In this document: piece after piece, positions 1 to 8,844 of the stretch | Numbering within the stretch: position 1 is the first letter of the stretch | Layout of the letters: every line of letters begins with the position of its first letter | From: Bacteroidales bacterium | Lineage (GTDB): Bacteria; Bacteroidota; Bacteroidia; Bacteroidales; UBA932 | Reading direction: 5' to 3' | DNA: 64,000 nt | Assembly (NCBI GenBank): GCA_017961015.1 | Contig: JAGCYC010000033.1 | Span: forward strand, 661-64,660 | Made by a program: the position numbers and the translations under genes | The notes under the pieces: generated by a model | What the model was told of the DNA's origin: nothing | Database searches by the model: none | What the model saw: the letters and a program-made list of their open reading frames with translations, nothing else

Positions 1-1017
1 GAAGTTATAGCCGATATGAAGAAATTCGTTCAGCTTAACAAGGACTACAAGGAGTTGCAGCCCATCATTGCCGCCGGACTGGAGTACAAGCGTCTGATAG
101 ACGAACTCTCCCAGGCCAAGGATATCCTTATGAACGAGAAGGACGACGACCTCAAGGAGATGGCGCGTGACGAGATTGCCGAAATCGAGCCCCGCCTTCC
201 CCAGATGGAGCAGGACATAAAGCTCCTCCTTATCCCGGCCGATCCCGACGACAGCAAGAACGCAATGGTGGAAATCCGCGGCGGCACCGGCGGCGACGAA
301 GCCGCCATCTTTGCCGGCGACCTCTTCCGTATGTACCAGCACTACGCCGAGCGCCGCGGCTGGAAACTCGAGATCACCGACCAGGCTCCCGGTACTTCCG
401 GCGGTTACAAGCAGATAGTCTTCAAGCTCTCCAGTTCCACCGACGGAGTGTATGGCATAATGAAGTACGAATCCGGCGTACACCGTGTACAGAGGGTTCC
501 CCAGACCGAAACCCAGGGCCGCATCCAGACCTCGGCAGCCTCGGTCGCCGTTTTCCCCGAAGCCGGCGAATTTGACATAGAACTGAATCCCGCCGATATC
601 CGCAAGGACCTGTTCTGCGCCTCCGGCCCCGGCGGTCAGGGTGTGAATACCACCTATTCGGCCGTCCGCCTCACCCACATCCCTTCGGGTATAGTGGTTC
701 AGTGCCAGGAGGAGCGCTCCCAGCTCAAGAACCTGGACAGGGCGATGGAAGAGCTCCGTACCCGCCTGTACAATATGGAACACCAGAAGTATCTGGACGG
801 AATCGCCGCCAAGCGCAAGACTATGGTGTCCACCGGTGACCGCAGCGCCAAGATCCGCACCTACAACTATCCCCAGGGCCGCGTTACGGACCACAGGATA
901 GGCTGGAGTATGTATAATCTTCCGGTGTTTATGGACGGAGACATACAGGAGTGCATAGACCAGCTCCAGATAGCAGAAAACGCCGAACGTCTTAAAGAAG
1001 CAGGGGAGGAAGCATAA
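1..1017 (+). CDS. prfA: Peptide chain release factor 1 (5'-truncated by window edge)
   Basis: Frame is open from base 1 (EVIADMKK...). Motifs [27 protein letters not shown] (PxT = RF1), GGQ and [15 protein letters not shown]. Confidence 0.97.
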   Translation, partial: EVIADMKKFVQLNKDYKELQPIIAAGLEYKRLIDELSQAKDILMNEKDDDLKEMARDEIAEIEPRLPQMEQDIKLLLIPADPDDSKNAMVEIRGGTGGDEAAIFAGDLFRMYQHYAERRGWKLEITDQAPGTSGGYKQIVFKLSSSTDGVYGIMKYESGVHRVQRVPQTETQGRIQTSAASVAVFPEAGEFDIELNPADIRKDLFCASGPGGQGVNTTYSAVRLTHIPSGIVVQCQEERSQLKNLDRAMEELRTRLYNMEHQKYLDGIAAKRKTMVSTGDRSAKIRTYNYPQGRVTDHRIGWSMYNLPVFMDGDIQECIDQLQIAENAERLKEAGEEA

Positions 1018-1018
1018 T

Positions 1019-1474
1019 ATGTCAAGGAATCCCAATGAACTCAAAGCGCTGGGACACGAAGCCGTCTACAGCCAGAAGTATGCCCCCGAGGTCCTGGAGA
1101 CCTTCGAGAACCAGCATCAGGACAACGACTACTGGGTAAGGTTCAATTGCCCGGAGTTCACAACCCTGTGCCCCATAACGGGCCAGCCGGACTTTGCCGA
1201 AATCCGCATATCCTATGTCCCCGACCTAAAGATGGTGGAATCGAAGTCGCTCAAGCTGTACCTGTTCAGTTTCCGCAGCAACGGAGACTTCCACGAGGAC
1301 TGCGTGAACACCATAATGAAGGACCTGGTAAAGCTGATGGATCCCAAGTACCTTGAGGTTACCGGCTTCTTCACCCCGCGCGGCGGCATATCCATCTACC
1401 CTTACGCAAACTACGGCCGCCCGGGTACCAAGTGGGAAAAACTTGCCTGGGACCGTCTGGCCTCTCACGAATAG
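1019..1474 (+). CDS. queF: NADPH-dependent preQ0 reductase (preQ1 synthase), unimodular QueF
   Basis: [14 protein letters not shown], QueF motif [20 protein letters not shown]. Confidence 0.96.
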   Translation: MSRNPNELKALGHEAVYSQKYAPEVLETFENQHQDNDYWVRFNCPEFTTLCPITGQPDFAEIRISYVPDLKMVESKSLKLYLFSFRSNGDFHEDCVNTIMKDLVKLMDPKYLEVTGFFTPRGGISIYPYANYGRPGTKWEKLAWDRLASHE

Positions 1475-1477
1475 GCT

Positions 1478-1894
1478 TTAGCGGGGAACGGCTGCAAGGG
1501 TGATACGCCCCTGGGCGCAGCGTTTTCCTTCCACTGACAGATTTACGTCGCACATATACACGCTCCCTTTGTGTTCAACAAGGCGGGCGTGTATTTCGCA
1601 AGTATCGCAGGGGTGGACCTCGGCCCGGAATTTAACCTGGTCCATTGAGCGGTAGACCAAAAGATTCTCCTTGAAGGCATCGGCAAAGAGCATACAGCAG
1701 CTTTGGGCCATCATCTCGCAGAGGATTACTCCGGGAACTATGGGATTGCCGGGGAAATGCCCCTCGCAGAAGAAGGGCTTTTCAGGTACGGTATAACTGG
1801 CAAGCACCGAACCGTCCGGCTGTGGCTCGATGCTGTCGACAAGAAGCATAGGTGCCCTGTGGGGGAGCACCTGCATTATCTGTTCCCTGTTCAT
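1478..1894 (-). CDS. fabZ: 3-hydroxyacyl-ACP dehydratase FabZ
   Basis: LPHRAPMLLVD, GHFPGNPIVPGVILCEMMAQ hot-dog fold motifs; ATGA overlap with fabF. Confidence 0.93.
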   Translation of the reverse strand: MNREQIMQVLPHRAPMLLVDSIEPQPDGSVLASYTVPEKPFFCEGHFPGNPIVPGVILCEMMAQSCCMLFADAFKENLLVYRSMDQVKFRAEVHPCDTCEIHARLVEHKGSVYMCDVNLSVEGKRCAQGRITLAAVPR

Positions 1895-3147
1895 CCCTTG
1901 TAAGGCCTGAAGGCTACGCAGGCGTCGTGTCCGCCGAAGCCGAAGGAATTGGAAATGCCGATGGTAAGGTCGGTCTTGACAGCCACGTTGGGGGTGTAAT
2001 CGAGGTCACATTCCGGATCGGGAGTGTCCAGGTTGATGGTAGGAGGGCAGATGCCTTCCTTCAGGGCAAGGATAGTGGCTATTGCTTCGGCACCGCCGGC
2101 TGCACCGAACATATGTCCCGTCATAGATTTGGTGGAGGAGATATGGGCCTTGTAGGCATAGTCGCCGAGTGCGACCTTGCAGGCAAGGGTTTCGGCCACG
2201 TCGTTCAGATGGGTTCCGGTGCCGTGGGCGTTGATGTACAGATTGTCCTTTTCGGGGTCGAAGCAGGCTTCGCGGAGGGCATCCTGGATGGAACGGGCCT
2301 GGGTGCTGCCGTCAGGACGGGGTGCCGTGGCGTGGAAGGCGTCGCAGGTGTTGCCGTAGCCTACCATTTCGCCGTAGATCGTGGCTCCGCGCTCAAGGGC
2401 GTGGTCCAGGGACTCCAGTATGAGCACGGCGGCGCCGTCACCCATTACGAAGCCCTGGCGGTTGGCATTGAAGGGAAGCGAAGAGTACTTGGGGTCGGTA
2501 GCCCTGGTAAGGGCCTTGGCATTGTAAAAGCCTGCAACTCCCAGAGGGATGGTGGCGTGCTCCGAGCCGCCGGCGATTATAGCATCGGCATAGCCGTGGC
2601 GGACGGCACGGTAGGCTTCTCCTATGCAGTGGGACGAGGTTGCGCAGGCAGTTACGATATCCAGGCAGGGACCTTCGGCGTGGTGCCTTATGGCTATGTG
2701 GCCCGCCGCTATGTTGGATATCATAGTGGCTATGAACAGGGGAGAGATCCACTTTCCGCTGGGATCCTCTATCATTTTCTTGGTTTCGCGGTACTGCACG
2801 TCGAAGCCGCCGATACCGGAGCCCACGTACACGCCAAGGCGATAGGGGTCGATATTGGCATTCTCGCCTTCGGATACAAGACCGCTCTGCTGCATAGCCT
2901 GCCAGGCGGCAGCCATTGCATACAGGGTAAAGTTGTCCTGCTTGCGGATAAAGGGCTTCTCCATACCATACTTCTCGGGGTCGAAGTTCTTCACTTTCCC
3001 GGCGAAGGTTACAGGCATTTCCTTAAACTCTTCCACGTAGTCAATTCCGCAGACCCCGTCAACCAGGTTCTTCCAGAAGGTATCTACGTCCTGTCCTACG
3101 GAGGAGATGACTCCCATTCCCGTAATTACGACTCTTTTAGCTTCCAT
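1891..3147 (-). CDS. fabF: Beta-ketoacyl-ACP synthase II
   Basis: RVVITGMG, TACATS (catalytic Cys), NAHGTGT, KSMTGH, NSFGFGG. Confidence 0.95.
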   Translation of the reverse strand: MEAKRVVITGMGVISSVGQDVDTFWKNLVDGVCGIDYVEEFKEMPVTFAGKVKNFDPEKYGMEKPFIRKQDNFTLYAMAAAWQAMQQSGLVSEGENANIDPYRLGVYVGSGIGGFDVQYRETKKMIEDPSGKWISPLFIATMISNIAAGHIAIRHHAEGPCLDIVTACATSSHCIGEAYRAVRHGYADAIIAGGSEHATIPLGVAGFYNAKALTRATDPKYSSLPFNANRQGFVMGDGAAVLILESLDHALERGATIYGEMVGYGNTCDAFHATAPRPDGSTQARSIQDALREACFDPEKDNLYINAHGTGTHLNDVAETLACKVALGDYAYKAHISSTKSMTGHMFGAAGGAEAIATILALKEGICPPTINLDTPDPECDLDYTPNVAVKTDLTIGISNSFGFGGHDACVAFRPYKG

Positions 3148-3150
3148 AAA

Positions 3151-4098
3151 TCAGTTTATAAGCTTTGAGGCGCCGCCCAGCAGGGCTTCGGCACCTCCGA
3201 TAATATCATTTACAATATCGGCCGCACTTTCCTCTTTCACGACCATCCCGGCCACTTCTCCGGCAAGGAAACTGCCGCCGGCAAGGTCGCCTTCTTCAAC
3301 GGCCCGTCTTACCGAACCCCTGCCGAGCGCCTTGAGTTCCTCGGGATCGGTCCCCGGGGTGGCTTCCAGCTTGGCAAAACGCTTTGAGAAAGGAGTCTTG
3401 AGGGAGCGCACCGCGTCGCCAAGGCTCTTTCCGGTCACGATGGTACCAATGTCGGAGGCCTTTATGAGCCTGTCCTTGTAATTGGGATGCACCTTGCACT
3501 CGAAGGCCGACAGGAAGCGCGTCCCCAGCTGGATTCCGGCGGCGCCCATCAGGAACATTGCTGCTGCTGCGCGGCCGTCGAAGATGCCGCCTGCAGCCAG
3601 TACGGGGATATGGACCGCGTCGATTATCTGGGGCAGCAGGGCAAGAGTGTGGGTGTCGCCGATGTGGCCGCCGGATTCGGCGCCTTCCGCAATCAGGGCA
3701 TCGGCCCCGAGCTCCTCCATCTTGAGGGCATAGGCCACCGAGGCTACGACCGGTATCACCGTTATTCCGGCTTTTTTCCACTCTGCCATATATGCGGCGG
3801 GCGATCCGGCTCCGGTGGTGACTATCTTCACACCTTCCTCAACTACCACGCGGGCTACCTCAGCCGCGTCGGGAGAGGCCAGCATCACGTTTACGCCGAA
3901 GGGCTTGTCGGTAAGGCTGCGGGCCTTTCGGATCTGCTCCCTTACGGCCTCGGCGCCGCCCAGGATGGAGGAAATGATGCCAAGGCCTCCGGCGTTGGAG
4001 ACGGCGGCGGCCAGGCGGGCATCGGCAATCCACGCCATACCTCCCTGGAAGATGGGCTTTTCAATTCCCACAAGGTCGCAAAGGACAGTCCTTATCAT
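3151..4098 (-). CDS. fabK: Enoyl-ACP reductase II (FabK, nitronate monooxygenase family)
   Basis: PIFQGGMAW, AEGAESGGHIG, AAGGI, GTRF; adjacent to fabF and fabZ. Confidence 0.9.
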   Translation of the reverse strand: MIRTVLCDLVGIEKPIFQGGMAWIADARLAAAVSNAGGLGIISSILGGAEAVREQIRKARSLTDKPFGVNVMLASPDAAEVARVVVEEGVKIVTTGAGSPAAYMAEWKKAGITVIPVVASVAYALKMEELGADALIAEGAESGGHIGDTHTLALLPQIIDAVHIPVLAAGGIFDGRAAAAMFLMGAAGIQLGTRFLSAFECKVHPNYKDRLIKASDIGTIVTGKSLGDAVRSLKTPFSKRFAKLEATPGTDPEELKALGRGSVRRAVEEGDLAGGSFLAGEVAGMVVKEESAADIVNDIIGGAEALLGGASKLIN

Positions 4099-4529
4099 CT
4101 TCTCTTCCTTTTTCTGCGTTCACGTATACGGTAGGCGCTTTCTACCATAAGCTGGTCCTGGAAACAGCCCCTGGCTGCAAGGAAATCCAGGACGGTAATG
4201 ACAAAGGGCAGTACTGCAGTCCAGCTGAATACCGGTCCCTCGAAGGAAAAATACATCCAGGCAAGCCAGGCCTGCATTCCGAGCGCCACTATCGCAAAAA
4301 GGACAGATAGCCTCATCTGGAGTATCCTGGAGCGGAAGACAACGAGGGCAAGGGCCTGGCCGAAGGCCTGTATGCCCAGCAGGATCCCGAACCAGGGCCT
4401 TTGCAGGGCAAGATATTTCACCCTTACCAGACCTTCAGGGGATGTGAGGGTGTAGGCCGTCCCGAACAGCAGGACTGCTGTCAGGGCCAGCGAGATTGCC
4501 AGATACAGGGTTTGGATCCTTTGCCACAT
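4095..4529 (-). CDS. DUF4293 family membrane protein
   Basis: N-terminal MWQRIQTLYL, four hydrophobic segments, C-terminal D..V.S..R.R pattern typical of Bacteroidota DUF4293. Confidence 0.8.
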   Translation of the reverse strand: MWQRIQTLYLAISLALTAVLLFGTAYTLTSPEGLVRVKYLALQRPWFGILLGIQAFGQALALVVFRSRILQMRLSVLFAIVALGMQAWLAWMYFSFEGPVFSWTAVLPFVITVLDFLAARGCFQDQLMVESAYRIRERRKRKRR

Positions 4530-4536
4530 AGGGGTG

Positions 4537-4544
4537 CAAATTTA
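4537..4544 (-). promoter_or_regulatory. Bacteroidota sigma-A -7 box (TAAATTTG) for the DUF4293-fabK-fabF-fabZ operon
   Basis: Matches TAnnTTTG, 7 nt upstream of the ATG at 4529. Confidence 0.6.
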
Positions 4545-4555
4545 CGAATAATTTC

Positions 4556-5476
4556 TTATTCGGCCGGTATTTCGTCCATATTGCCGCGTTTGTCCCTTAG
4601 GGGTATGCGGGCAAAAATCACAAGGCAGGCGATGAGCACTGCCACTGCGGCGATGTATGCCGGAATGTATATGGAACGGGGCAGCAGGTCAAGGATAAAG
4701 GACTGCTCGTCTATCTCTCCGGGCATATGGGCAAGCACCACCGCACTTGCGTTGTTTATGAAGTGAAGCAGCATCGTAAGCTTCAGGGAGCCGGTCTTGT
4801 AGTAGACGAATCCCATCACCATTCCGATAATGAAGGCATTGAGGGCCTGCCAGGGATTGAAGTGGATAAGGGCGAAGAACAAGGCCGATATCACTATGGC
4901 CCATCCCGGCTTCATACGTGTGAGCAGGCCTCTGAGCACCATACCCCGGCACAGCCATTCCTCGAACACGGGAGCGAAGATGGCGGTGACCAGCAGCGAG
5001 GCCCAGAGAGGCCCTCCGGTCAGCTGTTGCATAGCCTGGATCACCACGTCGTACATCTCCTTCATAATCGGTATGGAAGTGGTGAGCTTGAAGTTGGCGT
5101 AGTTCAGCAGGTCTGCCGAGAACATAAGCGAGTAGGCCAGCAGGATGCAGACAAGAGCCAGCAGCCAGCCATTGTACGGTCCCCAGTTGTTGCTGTCCAG
5201 TTTGTATCCGGTCTCGAAGTAGCTGTTTTCACGGCTCTTGGATGCGGCGTAGATCATTGCCGGAAGGAACTGCAGGGGATAGGTGATGATGGCGCCGTAG
5301 TCCTTCACCACTTCCATCGGCAGGAAGATGATGAGGAGTCCCTGGACCATCGCGCCGATAAGCATACCGAGCACGGTCCAGCCCAGGAGGGCGAAGATGC
5401 CGCCCACTCCGGGGACGTACCAGGCGTGATTGTCAAACAGCCTGAAGTTGTTTACTTTGCGTGCGAACAGTTGCAT
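4556..5476 (-). CDS. CPBP (Abi/CAAX) family intramembrane metalloprotease
   Basis: APVFEEWLCRG, FALIH and HFINN motifs; multi-TM. Start moved to ATG 5476 (MQLFARK) because the longer ORF overlaps the upstream gene. Confidence 0.88.
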   Translation of the reverse strand: MQLFARKVNNFRLFDNHAWYVPGVGGIFALLGWTVLGMLIGAMVQGLLIIFLPMEVVKDYGAIITYPLQFLPAMIYAASKSRENSYFETGYKLDSNNWGPYNGWLLALVCILLAYSLMFSADLLNYANFKLTTSIPIMKEMYDVVIQAMQQLTGGPLWASLLVTAIFAPVFEEWLCRGMVLRGLLTRMKPGWAIVISALFFALIHFNPWQALNAFIIGMVMGFVYYKTGSLKLTMLLHFINNASAVVLAHMPGEIDEQSFILDLLPRSIYIPAYIAAVAVLIACLVIFARIPLRDKRGNMDEIPAE

Positions 5477-5481
5477 AGGTA

Positions 5482-6420
5482 TTACTTGTAAAGGGGAGAA
5501 GGATATACACCCTGCTCCACCAGTGAGGCAAAGCGTGCCACAACGGAGGGACGGTCTTCCTTGAAGGTGACGCCGAACCAGTGGGCGGGAGTGGAAAGGA
5601 CTTCGCACACGCCCTGGCCGCCTTTAACTATGCAGTCCACCGCGTAGGGGATGTAGAATTCTTTCTTGGGGGTCTGGGAGTTGGCCTCGAGGAAGCGCTC
5701 GAAAATGGCGGCGCTCTTTTCAAAGTAGTCGGGAGTGAAGCCCCACATATTCATTGAGCAGAGGGCCTTGGAATCCAGCTCTACGTGGTTTTCTCCGCTC
5801 ACGCTGTTGTCTCCGTAAACCTTTCCGTCGGCCTCGCGGGCTATGTTCAGATGCTCGCAGACGTCGGTGAGGATTCCGTCGGAAGTGTATGAGCAGATTC
5901 CGCGGGAGACGCTGCCGTTTTCCGACAGGGTGTTCTCCAGGGCGAAGCCCACTATGCTGTAGCAGCCGGAGGCATCGGCGTGGGCGCGGCACCAGTCGGC
6001 CAGGATGTGGAAGCTCTCCTTGCCGTAGAAGTCGTCACCGTTGATTACGGCGAAGGGCTCGTGGATTACCTGTGCTCCCATAAGGACGGCGTGTGCGGTG
6101 CCCCAGGGCTTTTCCCTCTCGGGATTCACCGGCAGGAAACGCGCGGGAATCTTGTCCAGCTCCTGAGTGACGAAGACGAACTCGAGGGGTTCTCCGTCAA
6201 TGGTGCGGACATTCTTGTACTTGGCCTTTACTGCCTGTTCCATCTGCTCGCGGAAGTACTCGCGAACGATATAGACCACCTTGCCGAAGCCGGCTTCCAC
6301 TGCGTCGTGGATGGAGTAGTCGATGATAGTTTCTCCGTTGGGACCCAGTCCGTCCATCTGCTTGAGTCCGCCGTAACGGCTGCCCATACCGGCGGCCAGT
6401 ACCAAAAGTGTAGGTTTCAT
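5482..6420 (-). CDS. Sugar-phosphate nucleotidyltransferase (NTP transferase family)
   Basis: LAAGMGSRYGGLKQ, KPWGTAHA, VINGDDFYG, SMNMWGF. Confidence 0.88.
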   Translation of the reverse strand: MKPTLLVLAAGMGSRYGGLKQMDGLGPNGETIIDYSIHDAVEAGFGKVVYIVREYFREQMEQAVKAKYKNVRTIDGEPLEFVFVTQELDKIPARFLPVNPEREKPWGTAHAVLMGAQVIHEPFAVINGDDFYGKESFHILADWCRAHADASGCYSIVGFALENTLSENGSVSRGICSYTSDGILTDVCEHLNIAREADGKVYGDNSVSGENHVELDSKALCSMNMWGFTPDYFEKSAAIFERFLEANSQTPKKEFYIPYAVDCIVKGGQGVCEVLSTPAHWFGVTFKEDRPSVVARFASLVEQGVYPSPLYK

Positions 6421-6458
6421 AGTCGAATATTTTTGTTTTTTATCTTCCTTAAATCATA

Positions 6459-6466
6459 CAAAATTA
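6459..6466 (-). promoter_or_regulatory. -7 box (TAATTTTG) for the nucleotidyltransferase gene
   Basis: TAnnTTTG in the AT-rich divergent spacer. Confidence 0.5.
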
Positions 6467-6504
6467 CTAAATTCGCATCAATATCGGAAATTTATCTCCC
6501 GCGA

Positions 6505-6819
6505 ATGGCACAAAACAAGGACAGATGGCGTTTTCTGCGCAACCCGGACCACTTTTACTTCCTACCTTTCGTAATTGTGGCAACCTCCATTGTGGCCTTG
6601 TGGCTGCTGTTTATCTCACACAGCAGCGTGCTTAACTGGGTCAAGGCTACAGTGGAAGTGAAGCGGCAGGAAAAAGAAATGGCCCGCCTGAACGCCGAAA
6701 TGGATCAGATGGACCGGGAGATAGAGAATCTTTCCCAGAACCGGGATTCTATAGAAGCCTATGCCAGGGAGCACTACCGTTTTGCTGCTCCCGGCGACGA
6801 CGTGTACATCATCGAATAA
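6505..6819 (+). CDS. ftsB: Septum formation initiator (FtsB/DivIC family)
   Basis: Short N-terminus, one TM helix, coiled coil, then IEAYAREHYRFAAPGDDVYII (E..ARE...m..p.E.vf pattern). ATG at 6505. Confidence 0.85.
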   Translation: MAQNKDRWRFLRNPDHFYFLPFVIVATSIVALWLLFISHSSVLNWVKATVEVKRQEKEMARLNAEMDQMDREIENLSQNRDSIEAYAREHYRFAAPGDDVYIIE

Positions 6820-7595
6820 AGCTTCGCCGTCATCACGGCTTCCTTTACGTCGTGCACCCTCAGCCAGGCGGCCCCTCCGATAAGAGCGGCCATATGCACC
6901 GCCTGCGTGGGGGCCAGCGCATCCTCCGGGCCTATGCCCAAAGGCTTGTATATCATACTTTTGCGGGAAACACCGACAAGTACGGGACGGCCCAGGCTGC
7001 ACAGTTCCGGAAGGGCCGACAGGAGCCGGTAATTCTGCTCCGTGGTCTTTGCAAAACCGAAGCCCGGGTCCAGTATCCATTCCTTTATCCCGGCATTTTC
7101 CAGCCTCGGTGCCAGCCGGGTGAAATAATCCCTTACCTCCTTCACCACATCGTCGTAGCTGCAAAGGGAAGACATCGTAAGGGGAGTCCCCCTCATATGC
7201 ATCGCGATATAGGGAAGTCCGAGGGAACCCACCAGGGGCAGCATTCCGGGGTCCATTTCTCCGGCCGATATGTCATTCACCGTAAAGGGCCCCCAGACGT
7301 CGAAACAGCGCCTGACCACTTCGGCGAAGCAGCTGTCCACGGAAAGCCGAAGCCCCGGAAACTCCTTCCTGAGAGTTTCCAGGGCCGGTTTCAGAAGAGC
7401 CCATTGTTCACGGGCATCGGCAAGGACGGTACCGGGACGGGAGCTTGCGGCGCCTAAGTCAATGGCATCGGCCCCTTCTTCAAGCATCTGTACGACCTTG
7501 GCGACGAGGGACCTCGCGTCCCCCACCCGGCTGCCTTCCCAGAAGGAGTCGGCGCTAAGGTTTACTATTCCCAGTATGCCGGTTTTGCCTGTCAC
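6774..7595 (-). CDS. folP: Dihydropteroate synthase
   Basis: GIVNLSADSF, DLGAASSRPG, MHMRG, DPGFGFAK, SRKS, LRVHDV. Likely GTG start at 7595 overlapping the ftsZ TGA (GTGA). Confidence 0.93.
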   Translation of the reverse strand: MTGKTGILGIVNLSADSFWEGSRVGDARSLVAKVVQMLEEGADAIDLGAASSRPGTVLADAREQWALLKPALETLRKEFPGLRLSVDSCFAEVVRRCFDVWGPFTVNDISAGEMDPGMLPLVGSLGLPYIAMHMRGTPLTMSSLCSYDDVVKEVRDYFTRLAPRLENAGIKEWILDPGFGFAKTTEQNYRLLSALPELCSLGRPVLVGVSRKSMIYKPLGIGPEDALAPTQAVHMAALIGGAAWLRVHDVKEAVMTAKLYSMMYTSSPGAAKR

Positions 7596-8842
7596 TTCTT
7601 TTCGGTATGGGCGCGGCGTATGGCCGGGACGTTCTCCAGTTCGACGGTGTTCTCGCCGGGCTCCACGCAAAGCAGCGGCTTATGGCCGGTTGCGAAGTTG
7701 AAGTGGCGGGCGTTGTCGGAGTTGTTGTAACCTATCTTTATTGTATCGGCCCCGGCGGAGGGGAGGCTTATTTCGGCCCCGTGCTCGGAGGTCTCCCATT
7801 TGAAGCCCTCGTCAATGATCACGAGGTTGCCAAGGTCCTTGTTCAGGCCCAGGCCGCCCAGGTCCATTTCGAAGCCGGTCACGATTGCGGTTATCCTCAC
7901 CTTGTCGCCGAACTCGGGATCATCGTCCCAGATGATGCCCTTCTTGAAGCGGTTGGCGTCGCCGGTGTACTCGCTTATCATATCGTCGATCTTCTCCAGG
8001 TCGCTCATCTTGGCACCGCGCTCGTTGTTGCCGGTGGTGATGTTGATAAGCACGTTCTTGGCGGTCTTGAGGTCGAAGTCGTTCAGCAGCGGGCTCTCGA
8101 AGGCTCCCTTTACGGCATCTTCAAGGCGGTTGTTGCCCGTGCCTTCCCCGCTGCCCATCAGGGCCATTCCGGAATTGCGCATCATCTTGCACACATCCTG
8201 GAAGTCCACATTGATGTAGCCGGGACGGTTGATGACCTCTATTATGCCCCTCACTGCGGTGGCGAGCACCTCATCGGCCTTGGGGAAGGCTTCCTGGATG
8301 AGGGTGTCGCCGAAGAACTGATACAGTTTCTCGTTGTTGATTATGAGCAGGGCGTCCACGTTCTTTTCCAGTTCGTGGATGCCGTCAACTGCCTTGGACT
8401 GGCTCTCGTTGCCTTCGTTCTTGAAAGGGATGGTAACTACTGCAACGGTAAGGATGCCGCGGTCCTTGGCCATCTTGGCAATCACGGGAGAAGCTCCTGT
8501 GCCGGTGCCGCCGCCCATACCCGCGGTGATAAAGAGCATCTGGGTACCGGTATCAAGCACCTTGCGGGCAATCTCGTCCTGGCTCTCCAGGGCGGCATTG
8601 CGTCCGGCGGTGGGGTCGGTCCCGGCTCCCAGGCCGCTTGTCCCCATCAGTATCTTGGTGGGAACCTCGCTGGTCTGAAGGGCCTGTGCGTCGGTATTGC
8701 AAACGATGAAGGAGCAGCCCTGGATGTTCTGCCTGCACATATAATTGACGGCATTGCAGCCGCCGCCTCCTACGCCGATAACCTTGATAATGGAATTCTC
8801 GGGAGTCCAGTCACTGGGGGTGATATTGTTCGTGTAGTCCAT
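7592..8842 (-). CDS. ftsZ: Cell division protein FtsZ
   Basis: IKVIGVGGGGCNAV, GMGGGTGTG tubulin motif, NVDFQD. Confidence 0.98.
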   Translation of the reverse strand: MDYTNNITPSDWTPENSIIKVIGVGGGGCNAVNYMCRQNIQGCSFIVCNTDAQALQTSEVPTKILMGTSGLGAGTDPTAGRNAALESQDEIARKVLDTGTQMLFITAGMGGGTGTGASPVIAKMAKDRGILTVAVVTIPFKNEGNESQSKAVDGIHELEKNVDALLIINNEKLYQFFGDTLIQEAFPKADEVLATAVRGIIEVINRPGYINVDFQDVCKMMRNSGMALMGSGEGTGNNRLEDAVKGAFESPLLNDFDLKTAKNVLINITTGNNERGAKMSDLEKIDDMISEYTGDANRFKKGIIWDDDPEFGDKVRITAIVTGFEMDLGGLGLNKDLGNLVIIDEGFKWETSEHGAEISLPSAGADTIKIGYNNSDNARHFNFATGHKPLLCVEPGENTVELENVPAIRRAHTEKK

Positions 8843-8844
8843 AA

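Noticed and set aside
1852-3168. 438-aa ORF antisense to fabF, and similar long antisense ORFs over ftsZ, murD, murE, trpS and GT4
   Set aside because: The same shadow effect recurs across the window; each coincides with a well-supported gene on the other strand.
5980-6504. N-terminal extension of the ftsB ORF (279 aa in the track)
   Set aside because: Overlaps the nucleotidyltransferase on the opposite strand and the promoter region; the real start is ATG 6505.
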